Shown in pieces: positions 20,501-27,650 of a stretch of DNA of 45,311 bases. The notes under the pieces were generated by a model. The model ran no database searches, was not told the origin of the DNA, and saw only the letters and a program-made list of their open reading frames with translations. The stretch lies in the IMG/VR virus record IMGVR_UViG_3300037461_000350, positions 1 through 45,311 of that record; one strand, written 5' to 3'. Origin of the DNA: a virus. Lineage: Duplodnaviria > Caudoviricetes. A program made the translations under genes and the position numbers. Position 1 is the stretch's first letter; the number at the start of each line of letters is the position of its first letter.

Positions 20501-21193
20501 GCCGACGTAGTGGCCTGGCGTGGCCAGCAGCACGTTGCTCCGTTCCGCTCTGGGATCATCCCTGGAGGTTTCGGACTCGGATTCAGGGTGAACGGGTCCT
20601 ACACCTCGGAGGCATTCCAGGTAGCCGACGAGCCGATCCGGTGTCTGATCGCGACGGAAATGGAACTCAACCAGGTCGACACCAGCCTCTACTGGTCAGC
20701 CGCCGACCTGGCCACGGTGACCTGGGACAGTGACTTCGCGCGCTCGCGCCAGTGGAGCGTGGCTCCCGAGGGGCGGGTCACGGTGAAGCTCGAGATGCGG
20801 TTCTCGACGACGACCTCGGACAACTCCGCGTTCGGAGAGTGGCAGGAGAGGCCGCAGAACATCGAAGTGCTGGTGAAGTGGGCGCAGGTGCGCGTGAGCG
20901 TGGTGGTCAGGGATCCTGCATTCACATGCAGCCTGGAGATGCTGAAGATCCATTTTGACGTTCCGGACGTCACGGAAAGCGGAACGATTGACACCACGGC
21001 CGTCGGGACGGTGGCGGTGACATACACGAAGGCGTTCAACGTGATTCCGAATGTCACGGTCACGATCATGAGCGCGACGGCCGGGGACGACTCGATCGTC
21101 ACGAGTGCAGCAAAAACAGGGTTTTCTCTTGAAGTCAAAAACGGAGGGTCGCGTGTGGTCAGGTCTGTCCACTGGCACGCGATCGGGTACTGA
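17552..21193 (+). CDS. central tail tip/host specificity protein J with N-terminal gpI-like domain
   Basis: Ubiquitin-like N-terminus, IPVIYGTHRVGG, FPAGLF, YPGIA, SDNPAWC, GDVF..HD; C-terminal Fn3 repeats. Confidence 0.9.
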   Translation: MPACPDSQVQIRTLENPCDLKSRKSWTAPAGRSVLEYAPEGFLGDPNLRIILNGGILHDDEWATTSARAGDEVIFYRAPAGLELLISLGISLLLTGISYGVQSVLASSMATRSRGLNESPTYGWDGICSTVEPGTPIPVIYGTHRVGGHIIQQYRQAVSRGEDPRASELNTLLALGAGPIESVSIKDILVNGNPITDYGSDILTDIRTGENHQEPCDWFHEVKNPSIEERDLLYDTPETLTTTNEIDAFDVAIRFPAGLFRVNSNGNFRSRSVQLKFEWYPEDDLTATDSETVTVTEKTETSFEYWFYSPRSLPSRTRYKIVVTRLTADDTDPAKQSQTQVLTLNEVLNEKLTYPGIALLGISHLPSAKISGQTPTYSALVEGRRVRVYTDLTTYTEQFSDNPAWCMLDYLLDPIWGVGTWITLARIDLQSFLDWAAFCDEMVPKDASGVLEKRFRLNMVIDGSQSVIDCLRQIASTGRAWILQRGDQWAIKIDREEDPVQFFSMGRILKGSFATSKISKTDLANVFSGEFYNEDLDYEQDTLPLEDDTLEAEVNPVEKSISLLGTTTFSQANRLLNYYLLSNRLQRRQIEFGVGAEALAMEAGDVFRFAHDVPGWGWSGRLLSVDETGSTLLLDRTITLAESTEYELTVIHPGTDTVDTVHVTSLPGTTNKISVSADWTQIPVEGTDYSIGTVTHSTVVYRAISVSVGPRAWERTIKATEYNAAVYGTDLTVLVPPSVSRLTDPGRIPPDVRDLRLQERQVYAQDGTLSCAIDVHFTLPAVEGVRAEVYWREEGSEAWVSAGSPVSIGYFSIVDNVESPGETYEVSVVTLSADGNRKNAAQGVQATITTVGTTRQPSNVTNFFANRTLTGLIFSWAAVDPVENFDLLHYEIRNGPNWDSAILVGTTTNTSLETSICVSGTQTYLIRAVNTALKTSPLPTTLIIEVEGRIGEKIIKTQTEEPSWTGTRENFTLDSGKLILNTEADVVAWRGQQHVAPFRSGIIPGGFGLGFRVNGSYTSEAFQVADEPIRCLIATEMELNQVDTSLYWSAADLATVTWDSDFARSRQWSVAPEGRVTVKLEMRFSTTTSDNSAFGEWQERPQNIEVLVKWAQVRVSVVVRDPAFTCSLEMLKIHFDVPDVTESGTIDTTAVGTVAVTYTKAFNVIPNVTVTIMSATAGDDSIVTSAAKTGFSLEVKNGGSRVVRSVHWHAIGY

Positions 21194-22173
21194 TGAGCCA
21201 AGCATTCCGGGAAATCCTGGGGACTGATCTTCTCAGCGACTCGCGCGAGTATCTGAACGACAATTTCGACGCGATTCGCAGTCGGTTCGTTGGCGCAACA
21301 GAGCCTTCGGTCAAGCAAGCCTACGACATTTGGCTCGACACCACGAGCGGGTATGAGAAGGAGAGGAACGCCGCGAACGACGCATGGATCGTCGTGGGCC
21401 TAATCGGATCCGCCTACCGTGGCGTCCTGCCGCTTTCCGGCGGAACCATGGCCGGCGCGATCGCCATGGGCGGGTACGGGATCACCGGCCTTCCGCTCGG
21501 GACCGGGACGGCGGCAGCGAGGCAGCAAGAGGTGGACCTGAAGGCGACCATTGCCGCGCCGGCACTCACGGGAGACGCCACGGTGAACCAGGACCCGGCG
21601 GGAAACAACTCCCTGACGCGCAGGTCCTGGACTGAGGCCAGGTACCTGAAGCTCACCGGCGGGACCATGACAGGGGCGATCGTCCTGTCTGGGGTGGCCA
21701 CCGCGGATCTCCACCCGGCTGGATTCAAGCAAGTTAAAGACCTGGTGACCTTCAACACGACCACGGGGCACCGTCACGACGGATCGGATGCGCGCAAGGT
21801 GCGCTACGCCGACCTGGACGGAGTGACCACTTTTTCCCGCCTGGTGCTGCCGGACAACCAGCAACTGATGGTCTCCCGCACGAGTTCGATCGCGTGGACC
21901 ACGCTGGACATTTCGAGCTATGGGGTTCCCGCTGCGGCTCACGCGGCAATGGTGAAGCTCGTAGGCACGGGCGTTTCCAGTAATGGGATCATTGAACTGC
22001 GGAAGACGGGCACGGCTCCGAGCGACCCACAGGCGTGGACGTCGTGCATCGGGGAATCGAGCCTCGTTACCTTCGTGGACTGCGTGGGCCAGCAGTTTGA
22101 TTACAAGATGACCACGTCTGGCGCAACCCTCAAGATTTACCTCCTCGGCTACATGACAACAGTTGGAGCATGA
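21193..22173 (+). CDS. tail fibre protein
   Basis: Repeated L.L.GGTM.GAI fibre motifs, GHRHDG, C-terminal receptor-binding-like domain. Confidence 0.75.
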   Translation: MSQAFREILGTDLLSDSREYLNDNFDAIRSRFVGATEPSVKQAYDIWLDTTSGYEKERNAANDAWIVVGLIGSAYRGVLPLSGGTMAGAIAMGGYGITGLPLGTGTAAARQQEVDLKATIAAPALTGDATVNQDPAGNNSLTRRSWTEARYLKLTGGTMTGAIVLSGVATADLHPAGFKQVKDLVTFNTTTGHRHDGSDARKVRYADLDGVTTFSRLVLPDNQQLMVSRTSSIAWTTLDISSYGVPAAAHAAMVKLVGTGVSSNGIIELRKTGTAPSDPQAWTSCIGESSLVTFVDCVGQQFDYKMTTSGATLKIYLLGYMTTVGA

Positions 22174-22174
22174 C

Positions 22175-22642
22175 ATGGCTGGATTGAACCTTTCCGTGAA
22201 CTTCGATGACGTGACGCTATCTGTAGATGCCTACAAGACCGTGGCGAGCATTCAGGCGCCGACGAACCACATGGTTCGTGTGAAGAGCCTGTGGGTCTGC
22301 GCGAACGGTGTCGCCGGGGACGCCGAGCATCTCTACGTGCGCCTTTGCCGGGTGACTGGCGCCACAGGAACAGGGACTGCGGTCACGCCGCAGAAACTGA
22401 ACAACGGCTTGTCATGCGCTGCGCTTTCCACGGCGCGGGTGAACTTCACGGGGGAACCGACGGCGGACGGGACGCTGCCGTACATCTACCCGCACAAGAT
22501 TCACCCGCAGGGTGCGTCTGCCAAGGAGGCCAGTTTCGACGAATGCTTTATCAAGGAAGGCACGGAGCTCGCGCTTCAGGTGAAGGTCCCGAGTGGCGGG
22601 ACCCCGGTAGAGTGCTCCGGACATCTGATCATCGAGGAGTGA
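22175..22642 (+). CDS. putative virion structural protein
   Basis: Beta-rich, in late operon after tail fibre. Confidence 0.55.
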   Translation: MAGLNLSVNFDDVTLSVDAYKTVASIQAPTNHMVRVKSLWVCANGVAGDAEHLYVRLCRVTGATGTGTAVTPQKLNNGLSCAALSTARVNFTGEPTADGTLPYIYPHKIHPQGASAKEASFDECFIKEGTELALQVKVPSGGTPVECSGHLIIEE

Positions 22643-22643
22643 T

Positions 22644-23402
22644 ATGGGTAAAAAACACCTGGCAATCTGTATGCCGTCTCTCGGCTGGACTCCGACGACC
22701 TGCTCCATGGCCTTCAGCGATCTCGTGTATCCGCTCAACTACGGATTCATGAAGTGCTGCTGCTACGGGAAGCGCGTGGCGGAGGCGCGGAACGAGTGCG
22801 TAAAGCAAGTGCTCGACACCGAGGCGAAGCTCACGGGTTGCGAGGTCACCCATATCTTCTGGCTCGACGACGACGTGATCCCGCAGCCGGGTGCCTTGAT
22901 TGCGCTCATGCAGCGGCAGAAGGAGATCGTCAGCGGCGTCTACTGGACGAAGACGAAACCAGGGGAACCGCTGATTTTCCGCGAGCGCCTGAGTGGAGCG
23001 GGTCCGTTTCACCCGGGGAAGTGCGAGGAGGTATGGTCTCACGGCATGGGCCTCACGCTTGTGGAAATGGGAGTCTACCGGCGGCTTTTGGCGGAAGGGG
23101 ATATCGGCGTGGACGAGTTCGGAAATCCGGCGTGGTACCGGGCCTACGACTCGACGCGCGCGGACACGCGCGGGGAAGGCGGGTACATCTGCGGGACGGA
23201 GGACATCTACTTCCTGGACGCGGCGCACAAACTCGGGATCAAGTGCTACGTGGACCAGTCGGAGGACACCTTTGGCTGGCACTACGACGGGTCGGAGTTG
23301 CGTGGGTACCCGGTGAAGCAGTGGGAGGAGTGGAAGGAGACGAGACAGGTTACTTGGGACACCCCGGAGGGGCCGGTGGTTTGGAAAGGACTGCACGTAT
23401 GA
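22644..23402 (+). CDS. GT-A fold (GT2-like) glycosyltransferase-like protein
   Basis: LAICMP, ARNECV, HIFWLDDD (DxD), IVSGVY, GMGLTLV, EDIYF motifs. Confidence 0.8.
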   Translation: MGKKHLAICMPSLGWTPTTCSMAFSDLVYPLNYGFMKCCCYGKRVAEARNECVKQVLDTEAKLTGCEVTHIFWLDDDVIPQPGALIALMQRQKEIVSGVYWTKTKPGEPLIFRERLSGAGPFHPGKCEEVWSHGMGLTLVEMGVYRRLLAEGDIGVDEFGNPAWYRAYDSTRADTRGEGGYICGTEDIYFLDAAHKLGIKCYVDQSEDTFGWHYDGSELRGYPVKQWEEWKETRQVTWDTPEGPVVWKGLHV

Positions 23403-23833
23403 AGAAGATTTGCGCGATTCTCTTGGTCCTCCCTCTCTTGCTCCTGGGCGCTGACGGGCCGGTAGCTCCGACTCCGGCGAACCCGACCGCGATTCTCCAG
23501 TGGGACGCGCCGACGACCAACGCGGACGGGACGCCATGCACGGACCTTGCTGGTTACGTGATCGCGCTTTCGGACGCCACGATGGACCTGGCGACCAGCG
23601 GGCCGCCCTTGTGCGAGGTGCGGCAGTCTCAGCCGCAGGTGACAACGCAGTCGCTTGCGCCGCTGGTGTCGGGGCGTGCTGCCGGGGTTTACCGCCTGTG
23701 GGTTCGCGCATTTGACGCGGCGGGTAACGAGAGCGTGTGGAGCGATCCGTTTCTGGTGGAGATTGATCCCACGGCCCCGGCGAAACCCGGCGGCTTGAGG
23801 GTGACGGTGACGGTGACTGTGGAGGTGAGGTGA
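23399..23833 (+). CDS. signal-peptide Fn3-domain protein
   Basis: MKKICAILLVLPLLLLGA signal; LQWDAPTTNADG..DLAGY...VRAFDAAGNES Fn3 pattern. Confidence 0.75.
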   Translation: MKKICAILLVLPLLLLGADGPVAPTPANPTAILQWDAPTTNADGTPCTDLAGYVIALSDATMDLATSGPPLCEVRQSQPQVTTQSLAPLVSGRAAGVYRLWVRAFDAAGNESVWSDPFLVEIDPTAPAKPGGLRVTVTVTVEVR

Positions 23834-23834
23834 C

Positions 23835-24176
23835 ATGGCGAAGAGAATCATCATCCTTGAGCGGGTCAATCCCACGAACTGGCAGGCGTGCTTCTGGCTG
23901 ACGGTTCCGGCTGCGCGGGTGTCGTTTCACGCCAATCCGGACGCCACGAGCGCCTACAAGCTCGCGTCTGCTGAGGAACTTGGTGCGCTGCGTGACGGGA
24001 CCGTCATCGAGCGCGTGGATACGGTAAGTGTGCCACAAAATCCGAACCTGGCCCAGATCGCGGCTGCGCTACAAGCGCGGTGGACCGCCATGCAGGCCGA
24101 CGTGGATGCCGAGAACACCTACGGCCGTTACGGAACTTTCTGGGACGGCACGGCCTGGACGCAGGCGGGAGCATAA
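23835..24176 (+). CDS. hypothetical virion-associated protein
   Basis: GGAGGT SD; C-terminal YGTFWDGTAW. Confidence 0.6.
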   Translation: MAKRIIILERVNPTNWQACFWLTVPAARVSFHANPDATSAYKLASAEELGALRDGTVIERVDTVSVPQNPNLAQIAAALQARWTAMQADVDAENTYGRYGTFWDGTAWTQAGA

Positions 24177-24179
24177 CAC

Positions 24180-24626
24180 ATGGCGAACGCAGTCAAATGG
24201 GAAGCGATTTGGACGAGTCGCAGCACCGTGCTGACGACGGAGTTAAACTCCCTTGCGAACGGGGCGTATTCTGCCGCCGGGACTGAGATCGACAACAGCT
24301 CGAACCTGGACCAGTACGGCAAAGTGGAGATCAACCTGGCGTCATTGTCCCCGACCGCCGGGGCGTGCCTTGAGCTGTACATGATAACCGCTCCGGACGG
24401 CACGAACTATGAGGACGCGCCGGGAACCAACAACCCGGCAACCCACATTCTTGTCGCGTGCATTCCGGTTGACACGACCGCGACCGACGCGAAGTTGTGC
24501 ATGTCTCCGGTGTTCTTTCTCCAGCCTGCGAAGACCAAGTTTGTGCTGAAGAACGCAACGGGTGTTGCGCTGGCGTCGTCCGGGAACACGGTTGAACTCT
24601 TCACGAGCAACGACGAGATTCAGTAA
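24180..24626 (+). CDS. beta-rich virion-associated protein (paralog of 29979-30362)
   Basis: W...T...ANGA....I.....Y..V.....S..P....L......DGT..D pattern shared with 29979. Confidence 0.65.
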   Translation: MANAVKWEAIWTSRSTVLTTELNSLANGAYSAAGTEIDNSSNLDQYGKVEINLASLSPTAGACLELYMITAPDGTNYEDAPGTNNPATHILVACIPVDTTATDAKLCMSPVFFLQPAKTKFVLKNATGVALASSGNTVELFTSNDEIQ

Positions 24627-24629
24627 ACC

Positions 24630-26408
24630 ATGCCGCGTCTCTGGGTACCAGACAAGACGATCAAGCGAGTCAAGCCGCCGCTCGGCGCGGAGGTGGATTG
24701 GGGCCACCCGCTGGCGAGAGGGCTGATCGGTTGCTATCCCATCAATGAAGGCGCCGGGCCGCAAGTCATCGATTTGGCATACCGGAATGATGCCGCATTT
24801 GCTGGAGCTGGGTCCAAACGAGCGGCATCTGTGTGGGGCTCATGCTGGGAAGGCACTGGTGGCCCCAATTTCAGTGGGACTACGGACTATATTCTTGCTC
24901 CTCACTCCGCCAAATATGACAGCCTGAGCGGATTGACTGTTGCGGTTTTGGCTAAAAATCACAAAAGCGCAATTGCATCCACCGGAAGCGAATACCTGTC
25001 CAGCATGATGGGGAGTGGTAGGGACGAATGGTCTTTTTATTGGTCCCAGAATGAAGATGTAAATTTTCTTGTCGACAACGGAACCACAACCGGGACTGCG
25101 GTTTACACGGATGGCATAACCGATACTAAATGGCACTGGCACGTAGGAACATACGACGGTGCAAACGTTAGGGTTTATGTGGATGGCGTTGTTGGGGGAA
25201 CATCTCCTGCGCTGACCGGAAACATATACAACAGCACCTTTCCTTTCGCTATAGGTGTAGGAGAATACGCTTCTAATGACGCTTCGTGGGATGGGTTGAT
25301 AGCGGCATGTTACGCATTTAATCGTGCATTGTCTATAGCAGAGATTGCGAGGTTAATAGCCGAGCCCTTCTGCTTCCTGCGCGTGCCGAAGAGACGGACG
25401 ATTGTGTTCGTCGCGGGAGGCGGCGCAGAGACCAAAACGGTGACTGACACCGGCCACGGCGCGGACGCTATCGCGCAGATCGCCTGCTCTCTATCTGTCT
25501 CGGACACCGGCCACGGGACGGACGCCATGGGCGGACTCGGGGCTGCGCTGGGAGTGCAGGACACGGGGCACGGGACAGACGCGATCTCCCAGATCCTTGC
25601 CGCACTCGGGGTGAGCGATTCCGGCCACGGCACCGATGCGCTGGCGGCTATTGCGGCCGTGCTTTCTGTCGCTGACACCGGGCATGGCGCCGACTCTCTG
25701 GCGCAGCTCTTGGCCTCCGTGACCGTGACTGACACTGGCCATGGGGCCGACAGCCTGATCGCCTACATCCTGAAGACGATCACTGACGTTGGGCATGGCG
25801 CGGACGCTATCGGCCAGATTGCCGCGAGCGTCTCCGTGGGCGACACAGGCCACGGCGCGGACTCGATCGGGTCCCTGACGATCAGCCTGACGGTCTCCGA
25901 CACCGGCCACGGCCTGGACGTCGTGAACGTGGATACCGGAGCCACGGTCATTCACGTAACCGACGTCGGTCACGGGACGGACGCCATTGCGGCAATTGCC
26001 GCGGCACTCTCGGTGGCTGATACGGGACACGGCACGGACGCGCCAAACATCGCCGTCAGCCTCACGGTTTCCGACCTGGCGCACGGCGCGGACGCGGTGG
26101 CGCAGCTCATTCATGGGATCCTGGTTGCCGACACTGGCCACGGGGCTGACTCCGTCGGCCAGGTAACCGTGAGCGTGCGCGTGGAGGACACCGGCCACGG
26201 GACGGACCAGATCGCTGCGATCCTGGTTCTCCTGGCCGTGGCCGACTCTGCGCACGGCACGGACGCGGTCCTCAAGTGGGACTCTACCGCGCAAATCGCG
26301 TCGATCACGTTCAGCATGAAGAAACGCAGCGTGACGTTTAGCCTTAAGCAGCCTTCGATTTCGATTGGTACTTTCAAGAAGAGAGACATCACGTTCGACC
26401 TCAACTGA
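24630..26408 (+). CDS. LamG/concanavalin domain protein with 15 His-containing ~19-aa repeats
   Basis: HPLARGLIGCYPINEGAG, WHWHVGTYDG..VRVYVDG, FNRALS..EI; repeats V.DTGHG.D. Confidence 0.85.
   Translation: MPRLWVPDKTIKRVKPPLGAEVDWGHPLARGLIGCYPINEGAGPQVIDLAYRNDAAFAGAGSKRAASVWGSCWEGTGGPNFSGTTDYILAPHSAKYDSLSGLTVAVLAKNHKSAIASTGSEYLSSMMGSGRDEWSFYWSQNEDVNFLVDNGTTTGTAVYTDGITDTKWHWHVGTYDGANVRVYVDGVVGGTSPALTGNIYNSTFPFAIGVGEYASNDASWDGLIAACYAFNRALSIAEIARLIAEPFCFLRVPKRRTIVFVAGGGAETKTVTDTGHGADAIAQIACSLSVSDTGHGTDAMGGLGAALGVQDTGHGTDAISQILAALGVSDSGHGTDALAAIAAVLSVADTGHGADSLAQLLASVTVTDTGHGADSLIAYILKTITDVGHGADAIGQIAASVSVGDTGHGADSIGSLTISLTVSDTGHGLDVVNVDTGATVIHVTDVGHGTDAIAAIAAALSVADTGHGTDAPNIAVSLTVSDLAHGADAVAQLIHGILVADTGHGADSVGQVTVSVRVEDTGHGTDQIAAILVLLAVADSAHGTDAVLKWDSTAQIASITFSMKKRSVTFSLKQPSISIGTFKKRDITFDLN
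25440..26270 (+). repeat. coding tandem repeat, ~57-nt unit x15 (VxD[TSVL][GA]HGxD)
   Basis: GACACCGGCCACGG-type core recurring every ~54-63 nt; 15 units counted in translation. Confidence 0.9.
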
Positions 26409-26421
26409 CAGGAGTCAACAA

Positions 26422-26925
26422 ATGGCCAAGGACATGAGCAAGATTCTCGACTGCATTCGGCACCAGACGCACTGGAAGATCACGCGCTACGCTGACGAGG
26501 AGGCCTTCCGCAAGGGGAAGCACTACTCGATCAGCGAGTTTGACGGAAATTGCCTCCTGAACGAGGGGATTGCCGAGATGCATCTCCTCATGTTCTCGAC
26601 TGGCGGAACCGCATGGAGCAACGCCAACGCCTACCTGGGTGTGGGCGACTCGGCCACCGCGGAGGCGGCGAGCCAGACTGGGCTCCAGGCCTCAACCAAC
26701 AAGCTCTGGAAGGCCATGGAGGCGACCTACCCGACCTACGCATCCCAGGTGACGACGTGGCGCTCTGTCTTCGGATCGAGTGACGCCAACTTCGCCTGGA
26801 ACGAGTTCACCGTGGTCAACGCCTCGACGGATACCGGAGACAACTTGCTCCGCAAGGTCTCCGCGCAAGGGACCAAGGCCTCCGGGCAGGTATGGACGCT
26901 CGATCTCGCGGTGACGTGGTCGTAG
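26422..26925 (+). CDS. virion structural protein (tail-fibre/collar-associated type)
   Basis: AGGAG SD; NCLLNEG, YLGVGDS.TA, ANFAWNEF, GTKASGQ.WTL pattern. Confidence 0.65.
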   Translation: MAKDMSKILDCIRHQTHWKITRYADEEAFRKGKHYSISEFDGNCLLNEGIAEMHLLMFSTGGTAWSNANAYLGVGDSATAEAASQTGLQASTNKLWKAMEATYPTYASQVTTWRSVFGSSDANFAWNEFTVVNASTDTGDNLLRKVSAQGTKASGQVWTLDLAVTWS

Positions 26926-26935
26926 GAGGTGAATC

Positions 26936-27268
26936 GTGGCTATCTTCGCACTACTGGACGACGTGGCAGAGGACTCGACGGCGTATCTCACCGTAGCGTT
27001 TTTCGACAAGGACGGAGTTGCTGCAGTGCCTACGAGCGCGACTTACCGCATCGACTGCGTGACGAATGACGCATCGGTGCGCGCGAGCACGTCACTGACT
27101 CCGGCCTCGTCGATCGAGATCAAGCTCGCGCCGGACGATAACAAGATCATCTCCGACGCCAACGAGTACGAGACCCGCGAGATCACCGTGAGCGCGAGCT
27201 TTGGCACCGGCGACGAATCGCATGAGCGCGCGCAATGGCGCGTTCGCAACTTGACCTACAAGGCATGA
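26936..27268 (+). CDS. putative structural/adaptor protein
   Basis: AGGAGG SD, GTG start; beta-rich. Confidence 0.6.
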   Translation: MAIFALLDDVAEDSTAYLTVAFFDKDGVAAVPTSATYRIDCVTNDASVRASTSLTPASSIEIKLAPDDNKIISDANEYETREITVSASFGTGDESHERAQWRVRNLTYKA

Positions 27269-27271
27269 ACC

Positions 27272-27643
27272 GTGGTCAGAAAGGACGAGCGTGATGAAAT
27301 GGAAAAGACCGTGGGCCGGTGGCTCAAGGAATCCCTCAAGTACCTCGGAGCGGCCATTACAGCGGCTGGAGTCAGCCTGGGAACGCAGTATACCGACACC
27401 GGACGACTCGCTGATCATGAGCGACGGATCGCTGAGAACGAACGTCGCGATGAGGCTGCTCACACGGACTGCGCTCATTTTCGGTCTGTCGATCTTTCTG
27501 GGTTCTGTGACCCAAGAGCTGTTCACGCGATTGATCAGCAGATCGAACGCGCTCTCCGCGAGTACGAGACCAGAGAGCACGCCCAGGCCTGGAGGAAACG
27601 ACTTCAGCAGCTCAACCCCTCGCTCAAAATCCTCGACGAGTGA
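27272..27643 (+). CDS. membrane-anchored coiled-coil protein
   Basis: Hydrophobic YLGAAITAAGVSLG followed by DHERRIAENE. Confidence 0.55.
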   Translation: MVRKDERDEMEKTVGRWLKESLKYLGAAITAAGVSLGTQYTDTGRLADHERRIAENERRDEAAHTDCAHFRSVDLSGFCDPRAVHAIDQQIERALREYETREHAQAWRKRLQQLNPSLKILDE

Positions 27644-27650
27644 GTAACCC

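Noticed and set aside
25440-26270. CRISPR-like periodic repeat
   Set aside because: Units are in-frame coding repeats with synonymous variation; no cas operon, and the Cas4-like nuclease is in a recombination context
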